A stretch of DNA of 64,000 bases from the human T2T-CHM13v2.0 reference genome, Homo sapiens (GCF_009914755.1 NC_060941.1); one strand, 5' to 3'; counted from the first letter of the stretch, positions 38,496-63,257 are shown. The notes: a model not told the origin generated them from the sequence alone. Translations and numbers: made by a program.

Positions 38496-40048
38496 CCATC
38501 CTAGGCAGCTCAGCTCGTGCCTCCCAGAGCAGGGACTCATGCTGAGCCCTCAGTGGGCTCCGCGGCAGATGATGGATACTCCCTTGCTTCTTCCTGTGTC
38601 ATCCATCTCCTTGGGCTTGAGGACTATAGTTCTCCCCTCCTCCTCTCCACTGCTACCCCAAAGCCTCTCTCCTCTGGGCCCAGGCCTGGAGGCTGTCTCT
38701 GTCTCTCTCACCCTCCAGGCTGGAGGATCCATGAGCCTTCATCTCTGCTGGCCCATCAGGGTCCCATCTCTTCCCCTAGTGCCTCCCTCTGCTCTTTCAT
38801 CCAGGGCAGTGAAGCAGCGATGAGACTTGGAACAATGTGAAATGCCTCTTCATCCAGCGGGGAGGGGCGTGGGGGTCCGCTGAGCCTGTAACCCTGTGCT
38901 CTAGGGGAAGAAGGGGCTGGGCCAGCTCTGGGGTCAAGAGAAGACACTTCCCATGATGCTCGGGCTGGGGGTCTGCTGACCATATGCCTGGGGGAGGCTG
39001 CTTCTCTGATAATGCAAAGCAGATTCCTCCCAGCTCTGCGGCAGCTGGTGGGCAGAAGGCCAGGGGACAAGGCTGGGCCCCCAGGCATCTGGATACAGAA
39101 GAGCTGAGGCAAGGAGGGCTCCTTCGTCAGCCTCCTGCCCCCCACCTTACACTCCTCCCAACACCCCTGCCCCCACACTGACCCTCCCCAGCTACAACAG
39201 GCTCCCCTCCACAGTCTTCCTGCCCTGGGCCATGCCCGGGCTCCAGATCTCTGTCTAGCTCCATCAAAGTGGGGGGCGGACATTCTCAGCACATACCCTT
39301 AGGGTCTCCAGCACAACACCCCCATTCAGATCATGCCCACACGCAGGGTGATCCCACCCAGGCTCAACTGGAAGTCAGGGTTTTGCACAATAATCCCCAC
39401 TCCCCAATTCCCATGATACTCCAGCTGGGGCATCTACCTATTCCAGCCTTCCAACCATCCAGGGTTGAGTCCAAAAACATTTCCCAAAGGCTCCATCATG
39501 CAAGAACATTCAGGAACATTCCAGCTCTCACCTCCCATCCCTCACAGGGCACTCAGTCCTGCCCTCTTCCCACAGTATCCGGGAACTTCCCCATCCCTCT
39601 GCTCCCTTCCCGACAATCCCTGCTCTAGCCGTTTCCAGCAACATTCCCAAAGGGCTTCTGGGAGACGTAGATTTGGGTCTCCTCCCTGGGCTGGGACTGC
39701 TCCCTTTGGAAAAGCTTGGGAATGTTCCTACCCCCTGCTCTTTGTATTCTAGAGACTCATAGAAATTGGGGGTCCTTCTGACTCACCCTGAGAAGCCCTT
39801 GGAGTCCACATTCTGAAGCCCCAGCTCCACCCCAGGGCCTAAGGCTTTCAACAGTAGTCCAGATGGTTCACCTTCTACCCTGCGGACCTTGGGATGCCCG
39901 CAGTCTGCACGGGATGTGCGGGCCAAGGGCACAGAACTGCCCGGCTTCCATTCATCAGTGTTAAAGGCCCCACCACCACCTCTGGGAAGATGAGCTTGAG
40001 GGCTCTGATGCGGCCACCTAGCAGCTCCTCTCTCCTCACCCTCTACAC

Positions 40049-40500
40049 CAGTTAGGATTTTTTGTGTTGCAAGAGAGAGAAAACCCAACAGAGGGTGGTG
40101 AGAGGGAACTTACTGTCCGTCAGAAGTGAAAAGGGAGTAGGGCTGGCTCTAGGCACAGCTTGATTCAGAGGCTCAAACAACACCCCCAGAACCCGGTTGC
40201 TCTCTTTCCACTTCGGCCTCTACTTCCTCAGATAGGCTGTCTCCTTGTGGGGACAAGAGGGCCGCAAAGCGTCAGGTTCAAGGCGGTGGGGAAGAGACCC
40301 CCTCAGTCCTAATAATCCCAGCAAAGGTCTCCAGGTGTCCCTGGTACTGACTGGCCCATCCCTGTGGCTTGGAAATGTGATCATCAGTTGGCTAAGGTGG
40401 AGGTCCCACGCTCTGTCCCTACGGCAAGGATATCATCCTACCTGAAGCATGGGACTGAGAGTGGGGGAAATTGAGGTACCATCCCCAAAAACAGGCCACT
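40049..40500 (-). mobile_element. Old MaLR LTR (MLT1-like) fragment
   Basis: CAGTTAGGATTTTTTGTGTTGCAAG...AAACCCAAC and AGGCACAGCTTGATTCAGAGGCTCAAAC. Confidence 0.5.
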
Positions 40501-41134
40501 TAAAAACAGCAAATGTGGCCTCCAGTCTAGATTGACAGTTGGGCTTCTTCGACAGGCAGCCTGAGCAAGCCTCCTCCCCCAGACCAAAGTGTGAGTTTCC
40601 ACTAAGGATCACTAGGAAACAATAATATATTACGACGCAAGAGTGTCCAGGACGCACTGGGGTTCCGAAGAGGGAGGAAGTTTTCTGGCTGCAGGGACCC
40701 AGGAAGAATTCTGCAGGGGAGCCGTTTGAATCCAGCCTGGAGGGATGGACAGGATCCGGGTTGTGGGGCTGGAAAGGAGCTGGGGAGGATGTCTCAGGCG
40801 GAGGAAAGAGCTGGAGCAAAAGCACAAGAATGGGGGTGGGAGGTTAGTGCTTCATGTTCTGGGGGAACCAGCAGTGAGGAGGAAAACAGGGAAGCAATCC
40901 AGGGAATTGTAAGGAGGGAGAATGACTAGCCTTGGCACCAGATCAGATGGGAAGATAGTGAGGCAGAGAGGAGTCTAGATGACTCCCAGCCTTAAGCCTT
41001 GGCAATGGACATGATGGAGCTGTTCATAGGTGGGGAGCTCAGGGGAGGAGGGTTTCTTGCAAGAGGAGGAATTCCATGTGGAGTTGGAGAAGCCTGTGGG
41101 ACATCGGGGGGAAAGTCAGGAGACACTGGTTATA

Positions 41135-41495
41135 CTCTAGTCCCCCTTATCCACTTCCCTTTCACTTTCCCCAGTTTCAGTGACCTGTGGTCAACCGCAG
41201 TCTCGAAATAGGAAATGGACAATTCCAGAAATAAACAGTTTGTACATTTTAAATTGCACCTCGTTCTGAGTATCGTGATGAAAATCTCACGCTATCTGGC
41301 TCCATTCTGCTTGGGACGTGAATCCTCCTTTAGTCCAGCATACCCATGCTGTGAACACTACCCACCCACTAGTCACTTCGTCTCAGTTATCAGATCAAAA
41401 AAGCATAGGATATATAGGATTCAGTGCTGTTCACGGGTTCAGGAATCCACTGGGGGTCTTGGATAAGACCATGGATAAGGGAGTGGGGACAGCCG
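41135..41495. mobile_element. TcMar-Tigger MITE (MER44-like)
   Basis: Degenerate TIRs TAGTCCCCTTATCC...GGATAAGGG; internal AATTCCAGAAATAAACA. Confidence 0.7.
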
Positions 41496-42048
41496 TACTT
41501 GTCACAAGCTCAGGGAAATTCCAGGGTTACAGTGGAAGGTTTTTGAATCATCTGCAAGCCACTGCGTGAGGTTCCTATGGGTTAGGCCCTTGGACAGGCC
41601 TGCTAAGGTGACCAGAGGAGAAGAGGAGGCAGATAACTGAGAAGGGCTTGTCAGTGAGTTGGGAGGCCTGGATCTTACCCCATCAAGAAAGCCTAAGGTA
41701 GTAGCAAGCTTTCAGGAGGAGGCAGCCGGTGATCCCCAGTGAGGGACCGCAGGGAGGCCCAGGAGGCAGAGGGCTGGACAGGCCACTGGACTGGCCTGGA
41801 AGAAGGCTGCAGAGACAGAGGGCAGTGGCCAGAGGAGAGAGTGGCAGGTGAGACAGTGGAGATGCCCCTGTATAACTCTCCTTCTAGGAGCTTTGCTGAG
41901 AAGGGAAGGAGAGAGGCTTTCCCTGGGATGAGGAGGAGCTTTATTATAGGGATAGGGAGGGAGGATGTGATCTGTGGGATCAGGGAGCTTTAGATTTTAA
42001 AACTGGGCCTGGTTCAACCATCCCAGCACCTCTGTGAAATTCCACAGC

Positions 42049-42438
<390 letters not shown>

Positions 42439-44433
42439 TCAACCATCACACACCACTGGTGCAGGGGGCTAATTATCAGGGACTCAAATGGCAGACAGGA
42501 ACCTGTGCCTTGTCTCAAGGAGCTCAAAGTTCAGGTAAAATGAAGAAAGAAATTGTCTAAAAATCAAAATGGGATTGGGCTCTGCCAGGGAACCACATCC
42601 TAGATCTCCGGTCCAAATGCTACCTCTTCGATACTTTAATGAGCAGCCATTAGGCCCTGTGAGTGAGACCCCCACACCATCTCTTCCAGGGCGGTGATTG
42701 GCTGAAAGCCAGGGCGGGACAGAAGAAGCTGCCAGAATCACATCACATTAGGTTCATGCAAAAGCCACCTCAGCAGCTCTGGGTACCCAGCCCCCACTTC
42801 CTGGGGTAACACATGGGCTGGGCACGTGCCCAGAGACTGCCACATGCCTATCAGGCTGGGGCCTGCCTCACGCCTCTCCAGGGAGGTTGCCAGAAGCCCT
42901 GGAGCTGGGTAAACCCCAACAGTGACTCAGGTGAGGGGTGGAGGCTGGGGCAAGAAGGCTGCAGCCCAGGCCAGATTGTGGTCCCCCCTCCCCCCACCTG
43001 GTGCCTGGTGAGCTGAGGGACAGGGCGGGAACATGGCAGGCTGGCAGCACCAGAAACAGGCTGGGCGCCCTGTCTGGGAGCACGGTAATGTCCCCCTTCG
43101 CAGGAGGAGAGTCTGCTTGGCAGACTGGCATAGACACTGCCTTAAGCAGATGCAAACTCAGAGAGGATGCCTGATGCCAGCCAGGCAGCCCTCCATCAGC
43201 AAAGACCCTGCATCCAGGGCAAAGATGCAGCCACCGTCCAGTCCAGGAGGCGGGATCTGCCCTCTCAGCTTGCAGCAAGGAGCAAGTAGAGGGATTCATA
43301 GCCTGATTCCCTGGACTTTGGGTGCAGAGTCTGGGAGAAGAGGCCCTGCACACCCTAGGGGATGCGAGGGGGCTGGGAGCTAACCAGAGTCACTAAGCAG
43401 CTGAACCAAGCAACACAGCTCCCTGTTCCCTGGGGCCTCCTGAGACGGCGGATGACATTTGCCCAGCATTTGAAAGTTTACAAAGCACTTTCACAGCCAT
43501 AATTCCATGTGATCGTTTCATTAGTTCTGCCAGAGAGGCATTATAGGACCCACTTTATGGATGAGACAACTGAAACCCAGAGGTTTGCCCAAGGCCACCT
43601 GAGTAAGGGGCTGAGCCAACCTGGGAGCCACATCTGCCGCCCTAGCACCCTGGTCTCGTTTCCCCCGTGCCAGGTTGACTGCCACCAACATGGGGGTGGA
43701 GGTAGAGGTGGTTGCACTGGGGATGGGGTGAAGATGAAGGGTGGGGGCAAGGGTGGGCATCTGGAGAGGTGGGGAGCCTGGAGTGGGACCGGAATTCAAT
43801 TCAGAGAGGAGGATGCAGGGTGAAGATAAACGGACCCCATTTCAATGTTGCCAAAAGCTCGTTCCCCTCCCAATATCGCCTGCCCACTCCCACAAAGAGT
43901 GACAGGAACAGCTGGAGCCCACAAGGGAGAGAAGAAAGGGGATCCCAGTTCAGAGCCTGGCGTCTTAACCTTAATGCTGCCCCCGGCACCCCCTCCCCTC
44001 CACTCCCAGCCCCTCACCCCAGGCTGCAGGAGGCTGGTGCCGCCAGGAGCCTGGCACAGGGCCACATAGGCTAGGCCTGGTGGAGAGGGGCAGAACAGCA
44101 TGGGCATGCTGCAGACTGATTCCTACCCACCCCCGGGGCCCCTGCCTGGACCCCTCAGCCCATCCCCAGGTGCCCACCACTCTGCCCATCCGTGGAGTTT
44201 CCCCAGAGCCTGGGACCTCAGTTTGGGATTCGGAAAAGTCTGCCTTTTCAAGACACCCCGGCCCTTCCAACTTTGGGCTCAGCTGGATCCCACTGGTTAG
44301 TCCCTCAGGTACCCTCCCCGGGTCCCCGAAATGATGTCTTCCAGGCCCACCTTCTAGAACACTCTTCCCACCTTTGCTGCTGGTTATTTTGGCTTCATAC
44401 CCCAAGGGATATGAATGGAAAGAATGTGGCCTT

Positions 44434-44730
44434 GGCCGGGTGCAGTGGCTCACACCTGTAATCCCAGCACTTTGGGAGGCTGAGGCAGGTGAATCACTTG
44501 AGCCCAGGAGATCGAGACTAGCCTGGCCAACATGGCAAAACCTGGTCTCTACTAAAAATACTAAAAATTAGCCTGGTGTGATGGCACATGCCTGTGGTCC
44601 CAGCTATTTAGGAGGCTGAGGTGAGAGGATTGCTTGAGCCTGGGAGGCAGAGGTTGCAATGAGCCGAGATCTAGACACTACATTCCAGTCTGGGCAACAA
44701 AGTGAGACCCCACCTCAAAAAAAAAAAAAA
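44434..44730 (+). mobile_element. Alu with TSD AAGAATGTGG, followed by MIR (~44735-44950)
   Basis: Full dimer; MIR core TTTCCTCAGCTGTAAAATGGGGA downstream. Confidence 0.93.
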
Positions 44731-46492
44731 GAATGTGGTTTTTAGAGTCACACAATCCTGGGCTCAAACCCAGGCTCTGCCACTTACTAGCTCTGGGATC
44801 TTGGGCAAGGCAGTCACATATCCTCTCAGAGCCTTTGTTTCCTCAGCTGTAAAATGGGGATCAATAGCAGCCCTTCGGAAATTTGCTGCAAAACTGAAAA
44901 CTAGTATGTGTGAGGTTAGATCTAACACAACCCTGGGTCACAGTGAATACCTGAGTCATCATCATCTCCACCCTGGTGTCAGAGGCCCTCATAGGAACCC
45001 CAGCCTGCCAGTCCAGCCTGTCTCCCTCCCTGCGGCCAGTGTGCGCAACTCATGTTCCCTGACGTCGGCCTACATTTTCCCATTTGGAGCCTTTGCTGCA
45101 GAGCCTGTTGCCTGTGGGGCCCTCTCCACAGACCTATCTGTAGCCACATCCCTTTGCCACCTCTTCCTGGAAGCCTTTCCAGATTTCTCTCTCACATTGC
45201 CTACAGGACTTCCTTAGCACTTTGCATAGCAAGGGCTCTGCTCCACTTTGGGTCTTTACTTTACATCTTGTATTAAACTATAAGCAGATTCATCTCTGCA
45301 GCCTCCCTGTCCCCCCGCCTGCCTCCCCGCTACCCCGGCCCCATGCTCTGACTGTCGTCCTCTTCCACGACAGTGAGGTCAGTCCACCTCCCTCCTGCCC
45401 ACTCAGATCCACTTCCACACGGAGGCTTCGGACCATGCGGGCTGTGTCAGCAAGTGAGGACAGAGCACGGCCATCCCGGAGAACGCAGAACCCAACTGTG
45501 CGCAGATAGACAGATGAAGAACACGGGAGAGCAGAGAGACGCAAATGAACCGGGCCAGCCCTGTGACTTAATCCAGCCTGACATGGTTTGGCAAAAGCCA
45601 CTCATGGTCGTCTCTGAGGCTCCAGCCAGGCCAGCAGCTTGCGCCTTCCCCCATTCTTGGCTCATGGTGATGTGGAGAAGTAGAAGCCACCCACAGGCAC
45701 CAATTTGTGAGAAAGACGCAGCCTGGGCCTCTAGGCAGGAGTTAGAGGAAGACCGTGGGGTGCGGGGAACGATGGCTGAGCTCGGTTGCGGCTGACACAG
45801 GGCTGGAGACTAATGCATCCCAAGCCTGTCTGCCCTCTGGTCTGCTCTCCTGTACACTCCCTGCCCCAGCTCTGCTTAGATTTTTAGTAAAGTCCCTTCT
45901 TCATTTCCCCTGAACTGCAACCTCCTTGAGAACGAGGGGCTGGTTCTTATTCATTAATTCTCCCTCCCCAGTGCCATGCCCAATGGACAGTTGCTAGTAC
46001 AATCACCCCACTGTACAGATAAGGAAATCGAGGCTCAGAGAGGCATAGTGACTCTCCCAAGGTCACACCATGAATGCACAGCAGAGACAGAGACCCATCT
46101 GAGACCTGGACTTTTCTCACAACTCCCACAGGAAAGGTTTCACAAGCAAGATATCCTCTGCAAACTCCCAAACCTCGGCTGTTTGTGGAGGAATTGGGAG
46201 CAGAAAGCAAGCTTTTTCCTTCCCACCGTGGACCCCCCAGGCTCCCAAAGTGACCTCCTTAGCTTAGAAGGCCCTGAGCAAGGCCATTCAGCTACTGACC
46301 AGGCAGTTTTACTGCAAACCCCTGCCTCTCCCACCTTTCTTTTGCTGCCCTGGTCCTACAGAGGGGGAAGCGAGGCCCTGGAGGTGTAGTGAGTCAGCCA
46401 GCGATGCCGCCCTGAAGGCAGCTCAGGGCTCTGGCTCCAGGTTCCAGTCTGCCCTGCGCTCTGAGCCATCTTTGTAAAAAATAACAAAGCTT

Positions 46493-46841
<349 letters not shown>

Positions 46842-48258
46842 TTACAGCAAATAAGAGTTGCTTGGTGCAACCTTTAAGAAGCCTCCCAGACTGATGGGAA
46901 AGATGTGTTTTTGGTCTTTGGCCACTTCCTAGTCTGATGGTAGAAACAGGTCACACATGGAGAACTGGAGAGAGACAAAGAGCAGTGGGCACTGGTGCAG
47001 GCAGGGGGCTGGGGGCAGAGGAGAGGTGACATGAATGGGCAGGGTGGATGGGGGAAGAGTTTTTGGCCCAGTGAGAGGCCAGGGGGAGAAGAGGAGGCTT
47101 GTGTGGGTGAGGGATGGAGGTTGCCTGCCAGGACTAGCCCAGGGAGCCCAAGGGGCTTGAAGGGGGGCGTGGGTTGGGGCAAGACCCTGGTGCTAGAGGC
47201 CCCAGATCCTGGACCCAGCTCCAGTGGAGAAACTTTAGCCTGTGGGTCCTCCCCGTTCTCAATCCCCCGGTGCTAAAAAGCCCACGACATTTACGACTTC
47301 AGGAGGGTAAAGAGCCTGAGAAAAGAATTGCAGACCATATGGATTTGTTTCCTGGGTTTAGAAAAAAATCCCTCTAATTAGGCCGGGAAAAGCCATTGGC
47401 CTCTGCCTGTCTTGAGGTCCCTGGATTCAATTACTGCCCAGCCTCCCCACTTGCGGTCTGGTCCTCCCAGCCCCCTCCACGCACAGGGGGTCAGGGGTGG
47501 GTCCCTGATAAGGGGTGGCCTGAGGGAAGAGGGGAGGGGGGACCAGGAGGTGGGAAGGACCTGGGGAGATAATCTTTTTATTTATTTCTGACAGATTCCT
47601 TATGAGATCCCCTTGTGGCTGAGTCCTCAGCGCCCAGCCCCACAGCCCACCCGCCCCGTCTACTCTTCCCAGGGCAGACCAAGGTCTTGGGATGACACTG
47701 CCTTGGATTCCCTTCCTCTCCCTGCCAGGAAAAGTTTTTGACATCAGAAGAAAACGGAACCCTTAAGCAGATTGAGAGATGAAATTATAGGTGTTTTCCA
47801 TTTCTTTCTTTCTTTGTTAGGAGTTAATGTCATACTTTTCCTATAATAAATCGAAGCAACCCATGAAAAAGTCTCTCATTCCTTCCACTTGTGCTCATTG
47901 CTCTGGGCTCTCTCTGAAGACTCTGTCCCCTCGGTCTATAAACACTCTCCCACCTTCTTCATCCTATAAACACCTTCCCTGAGCCCTGCCACCCTCTCAC
48001 ACTTCTCCTCCTGCCTTCCCTGCAGAACTCCAGATTGTGGGGAAAAAGATTCACCCCTCATCCCTCCCACTGGCAACCAACAGTGTCGCACTCCCCTCTG
48101 ATTCCTTACCCTCCTCCCACTGCAAGCTGGCCTCCCTCCTTGTGGGACCTAAGCCTCACCTTCCCAGCCTCCCTGCAGCCTGGGCCCTGGGGCCGCACCT
48201 TCCTTGAGCCACTGGACACAGAATTACCTCTCCATCCAATCCTCTGCCCACTGCCTGA

Positions 48259-48618
<360 letters not shown>

Positions 48619-48909
48619 AACCTTTTACTCTCTCTAGGCTGTATCGCCTTCCTGCGTAAGATAGCTCACTGCCGTGGTGGCTGCCACCCCACTCTAAATG
48701 CCTCCCAAATCTGTTACCTGGGTACCGCCTCTCTCCTAGACCCGGTTTTCTGGTTGCCTGTTAGTTACTGCCTTTTGTATGTTCTACCAATACCCCAAAC
48801 CCAACATGCTCAAAATGCAATGAGAATTCATTCTCTATCTGCATCACTCCTCCAAAAACAAAGCAATAACCAACATTCCTTCCTCCGTGCTCTGCTGTTG
48901 CTGTTGTTT

Positions 48910-52874
<3,965 letters not shown>

Positions 52875-53286
52875 TAATTGCAAACCAAATGGCAACTGCC
52901 TTGGTTCAGGTCTTCCCCCCGACAGGGTAACTAAGAATCTGGAAGCTTGGTTCTAGGAGAGTGGAAGCTTGTTGCATCCCTACCACTCACCATCTATGTG
53001 ACCTTTACCAAGACACTGAACCTCTGATCTCAGTTTCCGCATCTGTAAAATGGTGACGATTGGTTGCGACAGCCATGTTGTACACCACTTGGCTTCACAG
53101 TGAACAATATTTACATGGTCAAATGCTGTTATGTTTTATTTTAACAAGGATCAACTTTTAGGCAAATCATAGAAGACTTGTCTATGGTTACATCCTAGAA
53201 GAAAGGGGATGGGGACCAATGTCTTCACCTCCAAAGTGGAGAATCAGAGCTCATCTATGGTGGGCTGAACAAGAAATAGAAGTTCT

Positions 53287-53724
<438 letters not shown>

Positions 53725-54017
53725 CTAAATCCTCATCAGTCCTAAAAGGCAATCAATCAATGATGTCTAAAGGTGATAAGACAAGGAAGAGAAGTAAATA
53801 ATAAATAAGGTATAGAAATTAGAGGTAAGAAGGCAATAACCAGAATAGAAATAAAAATGGTTAAAAGGGTTCCCTGGGGAGCAGGACCCTAGATGGGACA
53901 GGGAGAAGTTGTTTTTCACTCTCCTCCCTTCGGGGCTATTTAATTTTCTAGTCATATGCACTTATTACTTAGTTAAAACAAAACTGTTTAAATAAATTGT
54001 TTTAATTAAAAGTTTCA

Positions 54018-54706
<689 letters not shown>

Positions 54707-54887
54707 AACTGCACATATTTTAAGTGTGCAACTTGATCGTTTTGACATGAGTATACACTTAATGAAACTCACCATAATCAGGATAGTGAACATATCCATT
54801 ATCCCCAAAAGGTTCCTCACGTGCTTTGTAATCTGTTCTCTCCCCCTACAACTCTGATCTGCTTTCTGTTACTACAGGTTAATTTCT

Positions 54888-55183
54888 ATTTTCTTTTTTT
54901 TGAGATAGAGTCTCGCTCTGTCGCCCAGGCTGGAGTGCAGTGGCACACCTCCGCTCACTGCAAGCTCCGCCTCCCGGGTTTATGCCATTCTGCTGCCTCA
55001 GCCTCCCGAGTAGCTGGGGCTACAGGTGCCCGTCACCATGCCCGGCTAATTTTTTTTGTATTTTCAGTAAAGACAGGTTTTCACCATGTTAGCCAGGATG
55101 GCCTCGATCTCCTGACCTCGTGATCCGCCCGCCTTAGCCTCCCAAAGTGCTGGGATTACAGGCGTGAGCCACCGCACCCGGCC
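54888..55183 (-). mobile_element. AluY-type, TSD CAGGTTAATTTCTATTTTCT
   Basis: GCAAGCTCCGCC is AluY-like; long TSD. Confidence 0.95.
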
Positions 55184-55189
55184 AGGTTA

Positions 55190-58603
<3,414 letters not shown>

Positions 58604-58610
58604 TATATAA

Positions 58611-58937
<327 letters not shown>

Positions 58938-59054
58938 AGATTCCTGGTTTCTTTTGTTGGAATTATTATTAGATCCCAAGAGCTGGGCATGAGATGTGAT
59001 CATTTTTAATAGGATGTGGTTGCTTTAGGCCTTCTCATCTGACAGAGCAAGGAA

Positions 59055-59115
<61 letters not shown>

Positions 59116-59140
59116 TATATACGTATACATATATATGTGT
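59055..59140. repeat. (TA)n(CA)n microsatellite
   Basis: Seen directly. Confidence 0.92.
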
Positions 59141-59207
59141 GCTAACCCATGTATAGATGAATCTATAAATATTTCTATATGTAACCATCTTTATCTGTAT
59201 TAAGCTA

Positions 59208-59515
<308 letters not shown>

Positions 59516-59701
59516 AAGCCAACTAAACATGAGTTTGTACTGATGTCTCCAATTCTGATCCATAGATCATTCTATCATTCTTGCCTTCTCTCCTTGCTTT
59601 CCTGTGACCTCCCCTGCTTTCTTGTAACCTCCTGTAACCTCCTACATAGAGAGAAATCTGGCTCCTCCCATCAACCATCCATTTACTGAATTGTTTTGGG
59701 G

Positions 59702-60026
59702 TTTTTTTGTTGTTGTTTGTTTGTTTGTTTGTTTGTTTGTTTTTGAGACAGAGTCTCGCTCTGTCACCCAGGCTGGAGTGTAGTGGCGTGATCTCAGTGT
59801 ACTGCAACCTCTGCCTCCCAAGTTCAAGTGATCCTCCTGCCTCAGCCTCCTGAATAGCTGAGACTACAGATGCCCGCCACCACACCTGGCTAATTTTTGT
59901 ATTTTTAGTAAAGATGGGTTTCTCCATGTTGGCCAGGCTGGTCACAAGTGACTCTTGGCCTCAAGTGATCTACCTGCCTCAGCCTCCCAAAGTGCTGGAG
60001 TTACAGGAGTGACCACCATCCCCAGC
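59702..60026 (-). mobile_element. Alu
   Basis: (TTTG)n tail plus reverse complement. Confidence 0.94.
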
Positions 60027-60617
60027 CTTCTTAATTGTTTAATTTCAGTACACACATATAGCAGTAACAGAATTGTTAACCTTTACCTCTGTGGGAAATA
60101 ACTTTATCAACTAGAGTACAGTGCTTATGTAAAATTTCTTTTGACTTTAGTCTTACAGACTCTACATATTTCCAAAGTGACTTGGGTCAGCACCTTTACC
60201 CCCACCTCCTTTAGTGAGGTTGTTTTATACATTTGTGATAGATTGTATTGACACATTCTGCATTCTCTTCTGAGATCCCCCAACCTTCTAAATGATTTTT
60301 AAAATTTGCATACATTATGATTTGCTCTTTGTGCTGTAAAGTTCTAGGGTTTTTGACAAATGTATAACATCATATTTACATCATTACAGTATCATATAGA
60401 ATAGTTTTCACCATCCTAAAAAAAAAATCCATGTGCTTCATCTGCTTCATCTATTCAATCCTTCCTCCCTACCCCACAAACTCCTTTTAACCACTCATCT
60501 TTTTACCATCACTATAGTTTTGCCTTTATAGAAACATGTAATTGGACTTATACAATAGGTAGCCTTTTTAGGCTGGCTTATTTCACTTAGAAATATGCAT
60601 CTAAGATTCATCCATAT

Positions 60618-60917
60618 CTTTTTTTCTTTTTTTTTTTGAGATGGAGTCTTGCTGTGTCCCCCAGGCTGGAGTGCAGTAGCACAATCTCAGCTCACTGCAA
60701 CCTCCACTTCCCTGGATTCAAGCAAGTCTTCTCCCTCAGCCTCCCGAGTAGCTAGGATTATAGGCGCCTGCCACTACACCCAGCTAATTTTTGTATTTTT
60801 AGTAGAGATGGGGTTTCACCATGTTGGCCAGGCTGGTCTCGAGCTCCTGACCTCGTGATCAGCCCGCCTCAGCCTCCCAAAGTGCTGGGATTACAGGTGT
60901 GAGCCACGGCCCCCGGC
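60618..60917 (-). mobile_element. Alu, TSD CATCCATATCTTT
   Basis: Full dimer reverse complement. Confidence 0.95.
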
Positions 60918-61778
60918 CATCCATATCTTTTCTTTTATCACTGAATAATATTCTCTGAATGGATGTTCACAGTTTGTTTATCCATTTACCTGTTGACCAT
61001 CTTGGTTGCTTCCAGTTTTGGGCAATTATAAATCAAGCTGCTGAAAACACTTGCATGCATGTGTTTGTGTAGACATAGTTTTCAAATCAGTTGGGTAAAT
61101 ACTCAGGAGTGGGATGGTTGGATCGTATATTTAGCCTTATGTGAAACTTCCAAACTGCCTTCCAGTGTTCTGTACCATTTTGCATTCCCACTAACAATGA
61201 ATGACAGTCCCTATTGCCTCATATCTTTGTCAACCAATTGATATTGTTAGTATTTTAAATTGTAGCCATTTTGATACGTGTGTAGTGATATCACATTTTT
61301 TGTTTTGGCTTTTGTTTTAATTTTCAATTCCCTGATGAAATATGACATGGAACATCAAATGTTAATTTGCCATCTGTGTATCTTCTTTGGGGAGATGTCT
61401 GTTCAGATTTTTTGCTGATTTTTTAAGTGGGTTGGTATGTTTTTATATTGTTGAGTTTTAAGAGTTATTTGTATATTTTGGATACAAGTCCTTTTTCAGA
61501 AATGTGTTTTGCAAATTTTTTTTGCAATCTGTGGCTTCTCTTCATTTTCTTAACAGTGTCTTTTGAAAAGATTTTTATTTTGATGAAGTCCAATTTATCA
61601 ACTTGTTCTTTTATGAATTCCTGGTTTTGTTGTCATATTTAAGAAACCTTTGCCTAGCCCAAGGCCAAATATATTTCCTCTTAGGTTTTCTTCTGGAAGT
61701 TTTATAATTTTAAATTTTACATTTGGCCTATGACAAATTTTGAGTTAATTTTCATATATGGTGAGATACACAGTTCAG

Positions 61779-62289
<511 letters not shown>

Positions 62290-62880
62290 TGAATATCCAA
62301 TTGTTCCAGCACCATTTGTTGAAAAGACTATCCTTTCTCCACTGAATTCCCTTTGCACCTTTGTCAAAAATTAGTTGCCCATGTACATGTGGGTCTATTT
62401 CTGGATTCTCTACTTTGTTACATTGATCTGTTTATCTATCTTTACCTCACACACATGCACTGATTAGTACTCTGCCTGATACTCAAGGCAGCCCTTTCTG
62501 CAGATCTGGGAGTTGCCCTCTGAGCAGTTGTCTCCTCTCCAGCACTCTGTCTTGCTGACTCTAGTCCCCTTGGTCTCTCCTTGGACTCTCACCTCCATCT
62601 CTTCCTTCCAGAAAGTCCCCCAGGCTCTGCCCAGTTCTTTCTCCCTGTGCCACAGCCTGATAACTCTCTAGGCAGGAAGCTGGAGAAATCTTAGGGCTCA
62701 GCTCACTTGTTTTCTGTCTCTCAAGAATTTCTTTCCTTCATTGCCTGATGTCCAGTACCTTGAAACTGATGTTCCATATATCCTCTCCAGCTGTCTGAAA
62801 GTTTTGAAGGGGAAGGAAATACAGTCCCTGCTACTCCATCCTGGGCAAAGGCCTACAACTAAAGAATTTAAAACTCTCTG

Positions 62881-63257
62881 TGTTAGTCTGTTCTCACACT
62901 ACCATAAAGAACTACCTGAGGCTGGGTAATTTATGAAGAAAACAGATTTAATTGACTCACAGTTCCACAGGCTATGCAGGAAGCATGGCTGGGAGGCCTC
63001 AGGAAACATAACCATGGTGGTAGGTGAAGGGGAAGCAACCACATCTTCACATAGCAGCAGGAGAGAGAGAGCAAAGGGGGAGATGCTACACACTTTTAAG
63101 CAAACAGATCTCATGAGAACTCACTCACTATCACAAGAACACGAAGGGGGGGAATCTGCCCCCACGATCCAATCACCTCCCACCAGGTCCCTCCCCCAAC
63201 ATTGGGAATTACAATTCGACATCAGATTTGGGTGGGGACACAGAGCCAAATCATATC
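62881..63257 (-). mobile_element. MaLR solo LTR (MSTA/THE1-like)
   Basis: TGTTAGTCTGTTCTCACACT...GGGTAATTTATGAAG...ATTTGGGTGGGGACACAGAGCCAAATCATATC. Confidence 0.88.
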
